Shown: positions 62,691 through 64,000 of the stretch, in pieces | How positions within the stretch are numbered: position 1 is the first letter of the stretch | Layout: each line of letters opens with the position of its first letter | IMG/VR virus record: IMGVR_UViG_3300020045_001587 | Span: 1-64,000 of that record | DNA from: a virus | Taxonomy: Duplodnaviria; Caudoviricetes | Direction: 5' to 3' (one strand) | Length of the DNA: 64,000 bases | Program-made: the position numbers and the translations under genes | The notes under the pieces: model-generated | What the model saw: the letters and a program-made list of their open reading frames with translations, nothing else | The model's database searches: none | What the model was told of the DNA's origin: nothing

Positions 62691-63085
62691 TCAACACTGC
62701 CGAACGCAGATGCGACCTGCGACGTCACCCAATCAAGGTTAGGGTTAGCGTACAGTTGTTCATAAGCCTCAAAACTATCAAGAGGAACACCACCCATGTT
62801 CAGATTCGTGATAGACTTGGTGATGGTGGCGTAGAACTCAGCGTTACTTGCTAGCACTTCTTCAGCAGTTGGGGTTTTCTCAGCTTTACCAGCTTTCTGC
62901 TTCAGAGCATTCTTACGTGCTTGGGTAGCCATGTAATTACGGAAAACTTTAGACGACTTGCCGTACACTTCAATCATCACTGGCTTGCTTTCGTCGTCAT
63001 CTGCGAAGATTGGGCCGTTGACAGGGTGTTCCAGTTGGAAGGCTGTGGTTTCGGAAAGTTGGGTGTTAAGAATGTCAAAACTCAT
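62672..63085 (-). CDS. Tail assembly chaperone (gpG-like; start MSFDIL)
   Basis: Position between tail tube and tape measure; AAGGAAC RBS; LEHPVNG motif. Confidence 0.8.
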   Translation of the reverse strand: MSFDILNTQLSETTAFQLEHPVNGPIFADDDESKPVMIEVYGKSSKVFRNYMATQARKNALKQKAGKAEKTPTAEEVLASNAEFYATITKSITNLNMGGVPLDSFEAYEQLYANPNLDWVTSQVASAFGSVDSFLQA

Positions 63086-63237
63086 ATTATTGTTCCTTGG
63101 TATGGTGGTGGATAACTTTTGGCGATATGCCGTTTTATTGGCTTGATTGTTCAAGCTCTTTGGTATATAATTCTGAAACACTAGATGGGAAGCCGGTAAG
63201 AGCCGGCAATTCCCGTAGTGTTAAAACATTAAGCTAT

Positions 63238-63678
63238 TTAGACGACTACAATGTCACCGGTAACTTCAAGATTTGATTCAAAGGTTGTAACAACGGCTGC
63301 TGTACCAACGACAGTCTTATATGAACTAACCAAAACCTGACAATAGATGATAGTTCCGGTTTGCAATACGATTTTTGCAGCATAAGGTGCATAAACTCCA
63401 ACAGCATTATTCAGGAGAGTCTGACCTGCGTCAGAAGTTTGACGAGCACCTTTCAGTGCAATCTGCCCATTATCTTTTGTAGTCTTGAGCTTGAAAACGA
63501 TACCACTGTCTACCGGAATGTGTTGCGTAACTGCAACAACTGGTCCCACCGAACCAATGTCTGTAACTTCTGAAATCTTCGTGAAAGTTAGTGCTCCGAA
63601 CCCTGCAGCGTCGATGGTAGCCGGGACACCGGCAGAAATCGAGATAGTAGTACCTGCACTTGTAAATGGAATTGCCAT
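63238..63678 (-). CDS. Major tail (tube) protein
   Basis: TSAGTTISIS...EVTDIG...DAGQ; beta-rich; position. Confidence 0.85.
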   Translation of the reverse strand: MAIPFTSAGTTISISAGVPATIDAAGFGALTFTKISEVTDIGSVGPVVAVTQHIPVDSGIVFKLKTTKDNGQIALKGARQTSDAGQTLLNNAVGVYAPYAAKIVLQTGTIIYCQVLVSSYKTVVGTAAVVTTFESNLEVTGDIVVV

Positions 63679-63711
63679 TTGTATTTCCTTTTATGTTATA
63701 ATTGTTAGCTA

Positions 63712-64000
63712 TTATTGTAGAACAACAGCTTTGACTTTTGCACCAGTTGCAGCAGTGATAGCAACAGCACCTTGCAGGAAAGCACTAATGTTATCCAGCA
63801 TCACAAATGCAAAACCACCAGCAGGGACTGAGACAGCGTAGCCAGAAGCTACAGAAACAGTGGTATCACCAGCACCTGAGACAGGGATAGTGGTGCCAGA
63901 AGCCCCATCAATCGTCACTACAATCGGAGATACATCAGTATTGAAAAGTGCCAGTTCTTGCTTGCTACCTTGCGACCACACCAGCGAATCGCCTGAAGTT
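63712..64000 (-). CDS. Virion structural protein, truncated by the window edge
   Basis: Frame open to the window end; small-residue-rich beta composition. Confidence 0.65.
   Translation of the reverse strand, partial: TSGDSLVWSQGSKQELALFNTDVSPIVVTIDGASGTTIPVSGAGDTTVSVASGYAVSVPAGGFAFVMLDNISAFLQGAVAITAATGAKVKAVVLQ

Noticed and set aside
830-63841. Many opposite-strand ORFs in the track (e.g. 830-1231+, 12683-13150+, 29402-29830-, 41863-42294-, 50880-51356+, 51379-51840+, 60285-60779+)
   Set aside because: They are antisense shadows of better-supported genes, with no RBS or recognisable motifs.
1-64000. CRISPR array, rRNA, canonical tRNA cluster, integrase or repressor
   Set aside because: No regularly spaced repeats, rRNA-like sequence or recombinase motifs were seen by eye; the only tRNA-like element is non-canonical.

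Overview
A 64-kb segment of a lytic-looking tailed dsDNA phage. No integrase, repressor, rRNA or CRISPR array was seen. The host is probably Gram-negative (SAR endolysin plus two-component spanin), and possibly betaproteobacterial (weak inference). Layout: (1) 1-830 non-coding, with a perfect 75-bp inverted repeat and a CRP-type box. (2) 846-15031 a leftward early-type region of small genes with many sigma70-type promoters, including a C5-cytosine methyltransferase, denV, and a compact 430-aa T7-RNAP/PolA-fold protein with its own promoter and a structured leader. (3) A possible genome-end region at about 15030-15400, followed by an isolated leftward SGNH-esterase tailspike gene. (4) 17319-50621 a rightward replication and nucleotide-metabolism arm: DNA ligase, SleB hydrolase, ThyX, primase-helicase, PolA, two HNH-AP2 endonucleases, HD hydrolase, an 88-nt CCA-ending tRNA-like RNA, SSB-like protein, 5'-3' exonuclease, phosphoesterase, MazG, class II RNR and glutaredoxin. 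(5) 50751-64000 the leftward end of a siphovirus late operon: tail tube, frameshifted chaperones, 1873-aa tape measure, tail-tip protein, a micropeptide/membrane-protein pair, the lysis cassette and a Gly/Gln-rich protein. The best candidates for new biology are the mini-polymerase with its structured leader, the D-arm-less tRNA-like RNA, the 75-bp inverted repeat and the pre-lysis micropeptide. All functional calls come from motif recognition by eye; no searches were run.
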